From a virus, in IMG/VR virus record IMGVR_UViG_3300036795_000116, positions 5,318-69,317 of that record: a DNA stretch of 64,000 nucleotides. One strand, 5' to 3'. Of this stretch, positions 36,501 through 45,859 are shown in pieces. The notes under the pieces were generated by a model. The model saw only the letters and a list, made by a program, of their open reading frames with translations. It did no database searches and was not told where the DNA came from. The translations under genes and the position numbers were made by a program. Position 1 is the first letter of the stretch. Each line of letters begins with the position of its first letter.

Positions 36501-39408
36501 TGGAACTCGACATCTGAGCGGTGGCGTTACACGCGGCGCTAGTGTTACTAGTGACACCAGCGCCGATGTTGGCCGGCAGCGCCGCACCGATTGCCGCACC
36601 GCCGGAACTGACGGTGCTCGTCGCCGAGGTGACAGCCGCCGCTGCCGCCGGTGCAACCTGCTGTACCGCCTGCGTGGCCGCTGGCGCCGACGAGGCGAGT
36701 GTCGAGGCCGCCTTGGTCGCGGCCTGGGTCTGCGTGGTCGACTGCTGCAGAGCGGGCTGCGCACTGGACGCCTGCTGATTCAGCCCCGACATAGCTTGGG
36801 TCTGGTCGTTGATGTGCTGCGTCGTCTGCGCCATTCCCGTGCTCGACGACGAAGCGGAAGAGCCAATCGCGTTGAAGCTGCTCGCCACAGACGTGTTGGC
36901 CCCCACCAGCCCGAGTGAGGCCTGGGTCTGGGCAGAGATCTGCGTCCCGCCGCCGCCTTGGAGTCCCGTGCCAGATCCGCTGCCTGCGCCGCCGGGAATC
37001 CGCATCGGAGCTGGCGTGCCGGGAGCGGCCGTCGGAGGAGCACCTGTATCGTTGAAAACGCCCTGGCCAAACCGAGACTGCCCAGCGGACGTACCAGTAG
37101 CTACGAACCCCGGCATTCCCGCCAGCGCCTTACCGGCCTGACTCGGGTCGATCTGCGTGCCGCCAGCACCCGCGAGAGACTGATCCGTCGTGTACTGCTT
37201 AGCGGCGTTGTTAGCGTAAGCCTGCGACATCGGGCTAGTAGCCGGCGTCAGGTTGCCCTGCGCATCCGCGTTCCATCCGTAAGGTGAGCCACCGGCCGGA
37301 GTGGCGTCCGGGAACTGGTAGGGCGCCGACGAGGTGGTAGAAGGGCCACTGCTGCTGCTGGGGGTGCTGACAGCGCCGTAGAGGGCACCCAGGCCACCAC
37401 CAGCCAGCATGGCGAGCGGGGCGAGTTCCGGCGCCCCCAACATCATGGCGAGGCCACCCGCGTCCATCGCGCCCGCCCATGCATCGGAAGCGATCTGACC
37501 GCCCTTGCCAGGGATCTGGTTCAACCCAGCGCCGACGAGGTTCGCCCCCACGCCCCCGATGACGGCACCCTTACCGCCCTTTAGTCCGGGGAGTCCCGGG
37601 ATCCCGCCCTTGAAGCCGAGCGCGGCACCACCGGCCTCAGCCGCGATGCTGGCGGTCGGGTCTTCGCCCGCTTGCTGCTGCAGAGATCCTGTCAGGCCGG
37701 CGACACCTCCTAGGGCACCAGCAACCCCGAAGCCCGCCGCGCCCTGTCCGAACATCTGGTGGAAGTTCAGCGCGCCCAGCGCGGCGCCGGTAAGAGTCGG
37801 TGAGGCTGCCTGCGAACCCCCTGGGCCCAGCAAGCCGTTCAGTACACTGCCCACCGCGCCCGTGGCGTCCGCCGCGACCTGGGTGACAATGCCACCGGCA
37901 GAGAGCAGACCTGTGGTCAAGTCGCTAATCCCCGAGGAGACAGCCGCGCCCTGCAGCGACTCTCCGACGCTCTTCACCGCGGCGACAACCTCCGGGCTAC
38001 CTACGCCCTTGAGCAGCGCGTTACCCAGGTTGGTCGCACCCACAACAGCGGGCCCGATCGCGGGCTCCAGGTTGTGCAACGCGGTGGTCGCGCCGCCGGC
38101 CAGCTGCGTCGCGCCGCCCAGCACATTGCTCATCTGCTGCGCGCCGACAGCGCCAACCTCCTGACCCAGCCCGCCCAGCGCCTGCCCTAGCTGGTGCAGG
38201 GCTGGTACGCCCGTTGCCACGGCACTCTGGGAGGCTTGCTGGACGCCGGAGCTGAAGGACTGCATCGCCTGCTTGCCAGCGGCGGCCAGCGCGGCGTTGT
38301 CCTTGATCGCCTCGTTGACCGCGAACAGGCCGGCGCCAGCGCCGATCATCTCGTCGACGGCACCGGCCATCAGACCAACACGGGCGATGTTATCCATGCG
38401 GTGCCCGAAGCTGCCGCTACTTTCGTCGTCTTTCGGAGTCGACGGGGTCGAGCTAGGTGGTGGTCCACTGCGGCCACCACCGCCCCCGCCTCCACCACCG
38501 CCACCGCCAGGCGGAGTAGGTGGCCCGACACCCGCACGCGCGTAGTTGGCCGCGGCCGTACGGGTGTAGGAGGGCAGGTCGTCGAGGCTGCCGGCACTGG
38601 CGCGGGGACTGCCCACGCTGCTGCCCCTGGTGCCCGGAGGACCGGGAGCACGAGCCATCGCTGACGCATAGCTGTTCAGGTTCTGGGTCGCGTTGACAAC
38701 CGCCTTGTCGGAGCTGGCGATCGCGGCCTCAGTCTTGCCCACCGACGCGGTGACCAGATCGCTCGCTCCGGCGGCCTGAACGCCGGCCGAGGCATGGGCG
38801 GTAAGGCTTCCCGCGGACTGGTCGAAGGAGGCAGAGATCCGGGTACCCTGCTGCTCCAGCGCCCGCCCAGCCGCCGTCGCCTGCGTCATCGAGGTGGTCG
38901 CGGTCGAGCCCATGGTGCTGATCGAGCGCGTAGCCGAGGTGGCCTCAGCCTCCGCCGAGCGCGAGCTGGTGGCGATGCTCTGGATGCTGGCGTTGACCCC
39001 GGACAGCTGCTTGGACGAGGCCCCGACGCTCTCCATCTGCCGTTGCAGACCCGCGAGCCCGCTGGCGGCGCGAGTGATAGAGCCATCCTCCTGGACGCCC
39101 ATGATCGCGCCAGCACTCGCGCCCGCCATCTGACGGTTCAGGGAGCGAACATCAGACTCCAGGCCCTGAACTTCGCCACGCCCCGCGGTGACCGCCGACG
39201 CGTCGAACCCGATGTTGACGCTGCCACTCGCACTGTCACGAGCGGCGGTGACCTTCTGCAGGCCACTGTGGGCAGCGTCCGCACCGGACAGGTTGATGGC
39301 GACGCCAGCGGTCGAACCGTCAAGAGAGGAGATCGCGGCCTTGGCATTATTCGCCGCACTGACGAGGTTACTACAATCGCCAGTGAAGTCGATGTGCAGA
39401 TTTGCCAT
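33577..39408 (-). CDS. tape measure protein
   Basis: 1943 aa, Ala/Gly-rich, follows tail chaperones; four LG(I/V)xSPS(K/R/Q)-type repeats; V.LDG C-terminus. Confidence 0.9.
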   Translation of the reverse strand: MANLHIDFTGDCSNLVSAANNAKAAISSLDGSTAGVAINLSGADAAHSGLQKVTAARDSASGSVNIGFDASAVTAGRGEVQGLESDVRSLNRQMAGASAGAIMGVQEDGSITRAASGLAGLQRQMESVGASSKQLSGVNASIQSIATSSRSAEAEATSATRSISTMGSTATTSMTQATAAGRALEQQGTRISASFDQSAGSLTAHASAGVQAAGASDLVTASVGKTEAAIASSDKAVVNATQNLNSYASAMARAPGPPGTRGSSVGSPRASAGSLDDLPSYTRTAAANYARAGVGPPTPPGGGGGGGGGGGGRSGPPPSSTPSTPKDDESSGSFGHRMDNIARVGLMAGAVDEMIGAGAGLFAVNEAIKDNAALAAAGKQAMQSFSSGVQQASQSAVATGVPALHQLGQALGGLGQEVGAVGAQQMSNVLGGATQLAGGATTALHNLEPAIGPAVVGATNLGNALLKGVGSPEVVAAVKSVGESLQGAAVSSGISDLTTGLLSAGGIVTQVAADATGAVGSVLNGLLGPGGSQAASPTLTGAALGALNFHQMFGQGAAGFGVAGALGGVAGLTGSLQQQAGEDPTASIAAEAGGAALGFKGGIPGLPGLKGGKGAVIGGVGANLVGAGLNQIPGKGGQIASDAWAGAMDAGGLAMMLGAPELAPLAMLAGGGLGALYGAVSTPSSSSGPSTTSSAPYQFPDATPAGGSPYGWNADAQGNLTPATSPMSQAYANNAAKQYTTDQSLAGAGGTQIDPSQAGKALAGMPGFVATGTSAGQSRFGQGVFNDTGAPPTAAPGTPAPMRIPGGAGSGSGTGLQGGGGTQISAQTQASLGLVGANTSVASSFNAIGSSASSSSTGMAQTTQHINDQTQAMSGLNQQASSAQPALQQSTTQTQAATKAASTLASSAPAATQAVQQVAPAAAAAVTSATSTVSSGGAAIGAALPANIGAGVTSNTSAACNATAQMSSSMVNCATKPLGVASPSKVFQALGAFTAQGMALGVRGGAGDAADATHEMAQGMISAGAKGLDAHSPSQEFMALGQSAGSGLQLGLMRNSDGTISAVTNLTNDMQTAHENAWNPDPVKMPGVETPPPPPPAATDNMNSLNSTLAQQNLANMPPALTTTPTATAATQPPPTTTSSGKQLTPEERAMVTAQAMAVGRGWNQSTIDSVAGYMQTKQAIQDKNNKTEEDNRNQAMNAAGMDINPVGGQTSMQAYKQGQMNKHLADQSDSTLAVMQGKTPQQIKDDRNNAALGMGPTNSAPGTLASGFNPATKPQGWGDPTRGQNSTTFNKSGGEAPPAKGAAVDGSAGKVAGSPAGSDPGTAGGKAGGEFATGFTAGVDGGAGAGVTAAANLGANSGVALATALGIKSPSRVTMGHGWETSEGFARGIRDNHGPGRAMRDMIRDAISHGRDEWGRDWWNDWGMGGPGGSGGGGGSSGGGGGSGSGGGSGLGGPWGRSHGIHGWGHGRHGWGHHGGHHGDHDDDDHDGHHGRHHGRHDRDDDDHHGGGHGGGGGGGWGDDGDRMAERFADRLADRGFGRGWGGGHDGGGHGGWGRGGGWGGGDWGRHEDHMGWMFGSGSGGGSGSGSGSGGNPPYTGYNPWWAEHPGGRGHGHHGDHDRHGGHGDHDDDDHDGRGGHHGGRHGRRRHDRDRHEEHEHMGSIDHLAADNMPEIHNQSHQMGQAVAQGMSQGMQQNQAQVTEAAAMMAQSAVSTVRNSLGIASPSKVFYEIGGNAVKGFSHGLKNGVSVMAEGSASLGQIASMQLQQGLSTGAVNQGYSIGLTRWLNGLKVQPNFIPFSDWLFDENMVGGFGSAVQAASDGTKGLADSSGLMVGSIWARSMTTGIDTTLSTSMYSALTSPAVGSSTAVTALGKAGLLGPAGSGAEYYNTASGSAGMVSMGGNAAQPVQVTNHVYLDGQLIDTKINTAINSNNNDIVNSILSQRG

Positions 39409-39423
39409 AACCGCGCTCCAATC

Positions 39424-40133
39424 TTAATCGTCCTCGTTTTGCAGGTCCGCCTCAGCGACAGCCCACGGCATCATTTCCATGAACTTGGCTACGTCCGCGT
39501 CTGTGCCGAACTGGCGGCCATCGTGCAGAATCGTGTTAGCCAAGTACGCCGTGTAGAAGTCCTGGCGCTGCGGACCGATTTCCCCTCTGATCTTCATCCA
39601 GGAAAGCCACCCCAACCACTGCGACCGAGTCAGAGAAGCCTGGAGAATGTCAGGGTGCAGAGATTTGAGACCAAAAGCGAGGTCGTACGCCGCTAGACGC
39701 TCTCGGTCTCGTCGGAGTTTCCCTCAGAGTCCGCTTCCCGAGCCATGTTCACCTTGTTAGCGGTGCCCATGAGCAGGTTCAGAGTCGCCTTGCCGAGACC
39801 GCCCAGCTGGCTGTTCGCCGAATCAGTCGTGGTGAAGATCCGGTTCCCGTGCGCATCACGGATGACGTAGCCCAAGAACCGGAAGTCCTCAGACTTGTTG
39901 TCATAGCGCTTCCGGCTGCCGTCCTTGTTGTACGTCCAACCAGACTCCAGGAAATCCGCGTAGTCCGACGCCGTCAGCTCCCAGAGCAGGAACCGAGCGG
40001 ACTTCCCAGACTTGGTCTTCCACTCCGCTACGGTGACGGCTTCTTTCCGCAACGGTGGGGGTGCGGCGAGCTGCTTGAAGTTGGTGACTAGCTCAAAGTC
40101 GATGTCTTCGTCGACAGAAACGGCGTCGGGCAT
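39424..40133 (-). CDS. tail assembly chaperones G (39693-40133) and G-T via -1 frameshift
   Basis: Slippery G-GGA-AAC at 39717-39723; the -1 frame reads without stops into the 39424-39615 ORF. Confidence 0.9.
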
Positions 40134-40469
40134 GTTGCTCCTACTTAAGACTAACTGCTCGGAGACTAGCTTTCGGCTTAAAAGATCGTTTGGTCGAAGG
40201 TGAGGAAATCATCTCGACGACATCTACAGCCCACGTGCATAGGTAGCTTTTCGCAGTCATTATTAGCGGCACACGGAGCGCAACAGTCCGGGTGTTTGAG
40301 GACCTTGCAGTCGAACTCCGTGAGCCGCTGTGGGTCGAGCTGTTTCTTGACGTCATCAGACTTCTGCGAGTCCGTCACCGCTGAATACATGCACCGAGCG
40401 TCGACAGACTGACTGCGTGTGCCCGTGTCCAGCCTGGAGCCGGTATTCAGCGGTGACGACACGGAGAAC

Positions 40470-41249
40470 TCAGACGTCCAGGTCGATGCCGCGGGCAAAG
40501 CCGAGCAGCACCTGCACGTCGGTCGGCGAACCCGAGGTGGTCCAGGACGCCCGCACCTGCGTGTTGACCGTGGACGTGGACGGCAGCACGATGCGCGCCG
40601 AGCCAATCGCGGTCATCGCCGGGAAGCTGATCAGCGGCGTCCACGTGGTGCCATCGGGCGAGTGCTCCACGGTCACGGTCACCGACGCGCTGGTGCCACC
40701 GTCGATCGCCCAAACGTGCAGCTGAGCGGTCGCACCAGTAGTGGTGGCCCCGCCGAAGCCAGCGTTCAGGTCCACCGAGCCGGTGCCGGACGCGCCAGCC
40801 AGCAGGTGCTGCGGCGACAGCAGGATCACGCCGTCGTCGTAGGCGCCACGAGCATCCAGCTCCAGGCTGAAGTCGACGGCATCCTTGAGCTTGGCGGTGA
40901 TCGAGGCGTCGATGATCGAGCTGGGCTGCATGGTGATCGGCTGCAGCGGCTCCATGCCCTCCAGGCAGAACCAGGCGTTAACCGGGCTCTTGCGCCCGAA
41001 CCACTGGTTGAGCTGCCAGTTCAACTGACCCTTATCCATGACGGCCAGGCCCTTAACCTTCAAGGAGCCTTCCTGCATGCCGGGCAGCGAGTTGCGGACG
41101 CGGGTTCCGAAGCCGGAACCATCAATCTTGTCCGCCTTGCGGGAGTGCTCAATGTCATTACCCTGGGCACCGAACAAATACTGCTCAAGCCCCCACTGCG
41201 CCTTGTAGCCTGGGTAGGCCAAGGTCACCTGGTTGAGGTCAACAGCCAT
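40470..41249 (-). CDS. major tail protein
   Basis: D...FG...PG...GS..V.G motif; position upstream of chaperones. Confidence 0.85.
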   Translation of the reverse strand: MAVDLNQVTLAYPGYKAQWGLEQYLFGAQGNDIEHSRKADKIDGSGFGTRVRNSLPGMQEGSLKVKGLAVMDKGQLNWQLNQWFGRKSPVNAWFCLEGMEPLQPITMQPSSIIDASITAKLKDAVDFSLELDARGAYDDGVILLSPQHLLAGASGTGSVDLNAGFGGATTTGATAQLHVWAIDGGTSASVTVTVEHSPDGTTWTPLISFPAMTAIGSARIVLPSTSTVNTQVRASWTTSGSPTDVQVLLGFARGIDLDV

Positions 41250-41251
41250 GA

Positions 41252-41473
41252 TTAGCTCTTCTCCTTGCTGCTGGAGTCGCTAGAAACGGGAGCGGGGGAC
41301 GACTTCTCGGCAAGAAGCGGACCCTTGCCGTCGGGACCTTGGGGGTCGAGGTATGAAGGGTCAACCGGGCCGGAATAAGGGTCGTTCTGCTTGTAGGGCG
41401 TGTTAGCGCCCGTCTTCGGGTCGGTTCGACTAAAATCCCGGAGAATTACGTACTGCTTTCCAGGCGTTGGCAC
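41252..41473 (-). CDS. small hypothetical virion-operon protein
   Basis: AGGAAGG RBS; precedes the major tail gene. Confidence 0.65.
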   Translation of the reverse strand: MPTPGKQYVILRDFSRTDPKTGANTPYKQNDPYSGPVDPSYLDPQGPDGKGPLLAEKSSPAPVSSDSSSKEKS

Positions 41474-41498
41474 AGCGCACCTTCCTGTTCGAGGGCAT

Positions 41499-41520
41499 AA
41501 AAAAAGCCCCGTGAAGGGGC
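41499..41520 (-). terminator. intrinsic terminator
   Basis: GCCCC-TTCAC-GGGGC followed by T7 on the minus strand. Confidence 0.8.
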
Positions 41521-41536
41521 GACTGGTGGGACAGGG

Positions 41537-41941
41537 CTACGCCTTCACTACGACGCTTAGTTCGGCGTACGTGTACAGACCCTGGTCGAACATCATCTGG
41601 GAGATGCCGCCTTCAATGACTTGCGCATAACCGTTGAGCTTGATGTCCTGGAGTGCCCGGATAAGGGGCGACCCTGGAGTGATCAGATCTCCGGCTTGCT
41701 CCTGAGCGGCCTCTTCATCGACCTGGCCAACCACGATCATGATGTTGAAGCGCCACAGCGCGAAACTCCCCCGACCCTCGACCTGCGTGTAGTCGATAGT
41801 GCGGTGGGGCGCGGGCTGGACAATCGCCGCTGGTGGGATAATGGACCGCGGCACGTAGTTGTAGGTATTCAGGGCCAAGGCCGGCGAGTAGACGCTCATG
41901 GCTTCACCCAACGCGGCCCTGACGTCGTTGTAGTTAGCCAC
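41537..41941 (-). CDS. tail terminator
   Basis: Size and position; P..I.PPAAIV.P motif. Confidence 0.75.
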   Translation of the reverse strand: MANYNDVRAALGEAMSVYSPALALNTYNYVPRSIIPPAAIVQPAPHRTIDYTQVEGRGSFALWRFNIMIVVGQVDEEAAQEQAGDLITPGSPLIRALQDIKLNGYAQVIEGGISQMMFDQGLYTYAELSVVVKA

Positions 41942-42808
41942 TCACCAGACCCTTCGATACGGCGACAGAATCACGCCGGGGTCGCAGAGGAAGCGAGTCC
42001 CGATGCCCGGAGCGTTCGGGTTCTTCCGGGCGCCGGTGCCGTCGTGCGTAATGGCACCCATGGCGAGACTCCAGGTGTTGTGCAGCCGAGAAATCAGGAT
42101 CAGGGCGGCTTCCTGGATGTCGTACGGGAGCGCGTTGACGCCGACGCCAGCCGCATGCGGGAACATCAAGGGCGCCACCATCAGCGCGTTGCCGTTCACC
42201 GCGACCGGCGTGGTCAACTCGCGGAACTTGCCGTCCTCGATCGTCAGGTTGGTCTCGCCGGCAATGATTCCAGTGGGGTCCTTGACGGTGATCTCGGTGG
42301 CACCCGCGGTCACGGGTTCGGTGAGCGTGGTGACCGGGTAGCCGTTGATGTAGGTCCACTTGGCCCACATCCGGCGCCGACGTACCCCGAACGGGCCGCC
42401 GATCCCCTGCATCGCCTGCGGTGGGATCGTGATGCGCCACGGATCAGTCAGGACGAACCTCAGGTCACTGATCGCGGTCGTGTTGTAGGGGCTCTCCCCC
42501 ACCTCGACCGACAGCACCTCGGTGATCGGGCTGCAGCGGGTGTGGATACGCAGCTCACCGTCGTCGGACATCCGGCACCAGCCAGCTTCGGTGTCCACCG
42601 TCGAGGCGAGGTTCTGGCGCACCTCACCGTTGATCATCGCGGAGACGCGCTGGATGATCTGAGCGAGTTCAGCGTCGTTGTCCGCCTGCGAGCCGTTCGG
42701 CACGAGCTTCTGCAGCTGCGTGTAGATCGGGCTGCGCTTCAGCTCCGCGATCGTCAGATACGGAGTCGCCAGATTGGTAGGGATTGGCGCGAGGGTCGTG
42801 GACACCAC
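41942..42808 (-). CDS. head-tail adaptor
   Basis: PYLT..EL N-terminus, Y.NGY, LP.DI.EA, L.PYRR C-terminus. Confidence 0.8.
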   Translation of the reverse strand: MVSTTLAPIPTNLATPYLTIAELKRSPIYTQLQKLVPNGSQADNDAELAQIIQRVSAMINGEVRQNLASTVDTEAGWCRMSDDGELRIHTRCSPITEVLSVEVGESPYNTTAISDLRFVLTDPWRITIPPQAMQGIGGPFGVRRRRMWAKWTYINGYPVTTLTEPVTAGATEITVKDPTGIIAGETNLTIEDGKFRELTTPVAVNGNALMVAPLMFPHAAGVGVNALPYDIQEAALILISRLHNTWSLAMGAITHDGTGARKNPNAPGIGTRFLCDPGVILSPYRRVW

Positions 42809-42849
42809 AGCTGAACCTCCCCACAAGAGTTATGCGTCGTCGATGTCAA

Positions 42850-43406
42850 TCACGGGGTATAGGCCGTGTACAAGCTGTTGACGCCGCCGGCCAGCTTCGC
42901 GGGCACGTACTGCGACCAGGTCCCCTGGTTGTAGCCAACCCAGTTGTTCAGCGGCACCGAGAACACGAGCTGGTCATTCACGACGACCAGCGCGTTCCCG
43001 CTAACCGAGGCGTCAGTGAAGACCTGAATAGTCACGGTGGTGTACGCCGCCACCAGTGCGGTCTGCAGACCGGAGACACCTCCACCGCTGGTGTACTGGA
43101 AGAACGTGAAGACGGGCGTCACGTTCGCGGTAGGCAAGTAGGTAGCCATCAGGACTCCTTCTCGTTCGAACGGCCACACCGACCGCACTTGCGGAAAAAC
43201 GAACTGAACCCGCACTCACAGTCGTAGCCGCGCGCACGGGACGGACCGCCCCCGATATCGGCCTGTACGTAGCCGATCTCCTTGAGCATGCGGGCGTGCA
43301 CAGGGTTGGAGACGTCGATGGTCTTGCCGTCGTATTGGCGCGCGCCCTCGTAGGTGGGCACCTTGACAGAAATGCACGCGTCATCGGGAGAAAGTAGACG
43401 AGGCAT
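42850..43406 (-). other. two small ORFs (43149-43406 with CxC..CxxC; 42850-43149)
   Basis: TGATG coupling; Cys motif. Confidence 0.65.
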
Positions 43407-43411
43407 TTTTT

Positions 43412-43804
43412 CTACTCCTCAAAAAATGGGGTGATACGCATACTCACAGAAGCGCTCGTAGCAACTATCCACAACGCACTACCAGCTAAAATAGTGAGAT
43501 CTGCTGCCAGCTCAAACGACGCTCTGTCGACTGCTTGCAGCCGCCAGCGGTCAATAATCTGAGGAGCTGTCCCACTGATTGAAAAGCTTCCTTGGTACGC
43601 CGTACTGAGTGCTGCTGGCCCGCCACCCGTAAGTAGCGAGGGGGTACTCACACTGCCACCTGTCAAAACTGCCGCCGGGTATACCCACAACTCCAGATCA
43701 CTGACAGTTCCCGAACTTGATGCGTCAATCCTCAATAGACGCAGACCGCTCGATCCAGCAACGATGGCCACCTGGTCGAGTACGGGCACGCTAAAAGCGG
43801 CCAT
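43412..43804 (-). CDS. hypothetical protein, visibly AT-richer than neighbours
   Basis: TGATG overlap with 43804-44031; ends FFEE like 25494-25967 (WTE). Confidence 0.65.
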   Translation of the reverse strand: MAAFSVPVLDQVAIVAGSSGLRLLRIDASSSGTVSDLELWVYPAAVLTGGSVSTPSLLTGGGPAALSTAYQGSFSISGTAPQIIDRWRLQAVDRASFELAADLTILAGSALWIVATSASVSMRITPFFEE

Positions 43805-44031
43805 CAGAAGTAAACCCTCTCCACGATCACACCGTCTTCGCAGCGGTAGGTGGTGCCATCGCCGTAGCCGACGTTGCTCCAGCCCACAGGGCATTCCTGA
43901 CCAATTCGAGAGTCGTCCGGATCTGACGGACGTTCGACCTTCAGCTCCGGCTGGGCAGGCTCAGTCTCCTGCACTTTCCGGGGCCGACCAGGCCCACGCC
44001 TTACTGGTGCGCTCTTGTCGTCCTCGGGCAC
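43804..44031 (-). CDS. AT-hook-like small protein
   Basis: RRGPGRPRK motif. Confidence 0.7.
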   Translation of the reverse strand: MPEDDKSAPVRRGPGRPRKVQETEPAQPELKVERPSDPDDSRIGQECPVGWSNVGYGDGTTYRCEDGVIVERVYF

Positions 44032-44067
44032 GGGAAGACCCTTTCAATTAATGTGTTCAGTGGGACG

Positions 44068-44105
44068 CCAGAAAGGGCGCCTACCGAAGCAGACGCCCTT
44101 TCTGG
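44068..44105 (-). terminator. hairpin after major capsid gene
   Basis: CCAGAAAGGGCG/CGCCCTTTCTGG inverted repeat. Confidence 0.75.
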
Positions 44106-44112
44106 TTAACGC

Positions 44113-45819
44113 TTAGACCTTGGTGATTCCGGTGATAGCAGCCTGCCAAGCAGGTGCATAACACACGAATGTACCGTACCAGTAAGAGCTCGTCTCATAG
44201 GCGAACTGCGTGACTGGCCACTCAATTGCCATATAGTCCTGTACGTTGTATACCGCGAAGACGTCGGAGATGTTGCTGTCCGGCAGCGGAAGCGTCCAGG
44301 AGATGATTGGCATATTGCCCTGGGGCAGCCACGGATGCACCGTGACATTCACCATCTTGCCGGTGACCTCGTTCTGCAGACCAGTCACCAACGAGCCCAG
44401 GTGCGCGTCGTGCACGCCTTCAGTTCCGGGCGCGTTGATCAGGCTGATCTGGTAGTTCGAGGAACTAGCGGTCTTGAGCAAGTCACTGAGCTGCTTGCGG
44501 TCGTTACCGTTGGCGAGTACCTCGTCCGGGTCCGCCTTCACGCTGTCGTACAGCGACGCGAAGGCAGAGAAGAACTCCGCACCCGGGTTATTGACGTTCA
44601 GCCCGCCATTGACGGCGCTGGTCGCCCCATTCGAGATACCCGAGATGTTCTTGACGTATCCCGAGTTCGCACCCGTGCAGTACGACAAGATGCCGTCGTA
44701 GTCCGTCGCAGACGCTGAGGTGTCCGCGGCCGGTGGGGTGCTACCGGTGGTCGGCAGCGCACCCTGGATGATAACCGGGGTGGCACCACTCGACACGCGC
44801 CCAACGAAGAAACTCGCCGTGACGCCAGGGTCAGACGCACCCGTGCCCACGTAGACCTTCATGCCAGTCGCACCCTGTGGGAGGGTCGCGGTCACCGAGA
44901 TGTAGCGGCTCGCGGCGGCAGTCACGGTCGCAACCGTGGAAACAGACTCGCCCCACACCGACTCCGCCGTCACTCGGACGTAGATGTTGGTGGTGTAGCC
45001 GGTGATAGCAGCGAAGCCAGTCGAGGTATTGTCCGCGATGGGCGCGGTAACCCCAGTCGGGGCAGCCAACGCACCAGTGAACCCGGAGCCCGTACCGCGG
45101 CCACCAAGCAGCATGCGCTCTTCCAGCAGCATCGAAGACCACAAAACCGAGGTCTGCGAGAGCTGACGAATGTCCTGGTAGCCCTGGCCGGAGAACTGAG
45201 CCGCCCAGCTGACCTGGTCCGACACGCCATACTGCATGTAGGGCACGGACGCCTGGTCACCAGCGTAGCTGATCTTCGGACCACGCAGGTAGTTGATCTG
45301 GCCGAACTGCTCTACCGAGGACTCGGTAATGCCAGGCCGCATCAGGGAAAGGCCGCCAGTGCCGGTACCGGTAAAGCCGGTGATCCTCTTGTACTGGTGG
45401 GCCGTACCGACGCCCTTGCGGCGCGCGATGCGGTTACGCAGTGGGGTCGGCCGCGGCGCCAGCAGCTTCGCCGGGGCCTCCAGGTCGTACGCCTGCAGAC
45501 CGCCGGTACCACCCAGGTTGCCGCCGGTGCCGGCGAGGATGCCGAGGTTGGTCTTGCCGAGGTCGGTGTTAGCCAGCGAATTGCGCACCGACTCCAGCAG
45601 CTCAGGAGAGAGCGCCTTCTGCACGATGTCCGAGCCCAGCGACTTCTGCAGCTCAAGCAGCGGGTTAACCGCCTGGCCTTCGAGGGTGGGCACCCCCGGC
45701 GTCGGTAGTGGGCTCTCGGCAGACTTGTTCAGGCTTGCCTTATACGATTCGAAACGCTCGGCGATCTCAAGCGAGTTTTCCGCATCGCCGAACATATCCC
45801 CAGTCTTGGGAATTGGCAT
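44113..45819 (-). CDS. major capsid protein with inserted Fn3/Ig-like domain
   Basis: YDLEAPAKLL.P..TPLRNRI.R, EERMLLGG; position after protease. Confidence 0.88.
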   Translation of the reverse strand: MPIPKTGDMFGDAENSLEIAERFESYKASLNKSAESPLPTPGVPTLEGQAVNPLLELQKSLGSDIVQKALSPELLESVRNSLANTDLGKTNLGILAGTGGNLGGTGGLQAYDLEAPAKLLAPRPTPLRNRIARRKGVGTAHQYKRITGFTGTGTGGLSLMRPGITESSVEQFGQINYLRGPKISYAGDQASVPYMQYGVSDQVSWAAQFSGQGYQDIRQLSQTSVLWSSMLLEERMLLGGRGTGSGFTGALAAPTGVTAPIADNTSTGFAAITGYTTNIYVRVTAESVWGESVSTVATVTAAASRYISVTATLPQGATGMKVYVGTGASDPGVTASFFVGRVSSGATPVIIQGALPTTGSTPPAADTSASATDYDGILSYCTGANSGYVKNISGISNGATSAVNGGLNVNNPGAEFFSAFASLYDSVKADPDEVLANGNDRKQLSDLLKTASSSNYQISLINAPGTEGVHDAHLGSLVTGLQNEVTGKMVNVTVHPWLPQGNMPIISWTLPLPDSNISDVFAVYNVQDYMAIEWPVTQFAYETSSYWYGTFVCYAPAWQAAITGITKV

Positions 45820-45859
45820 CTCTTGTCCTTAAAAAGTAAGTGGATAGAGCGTGGGAGAC

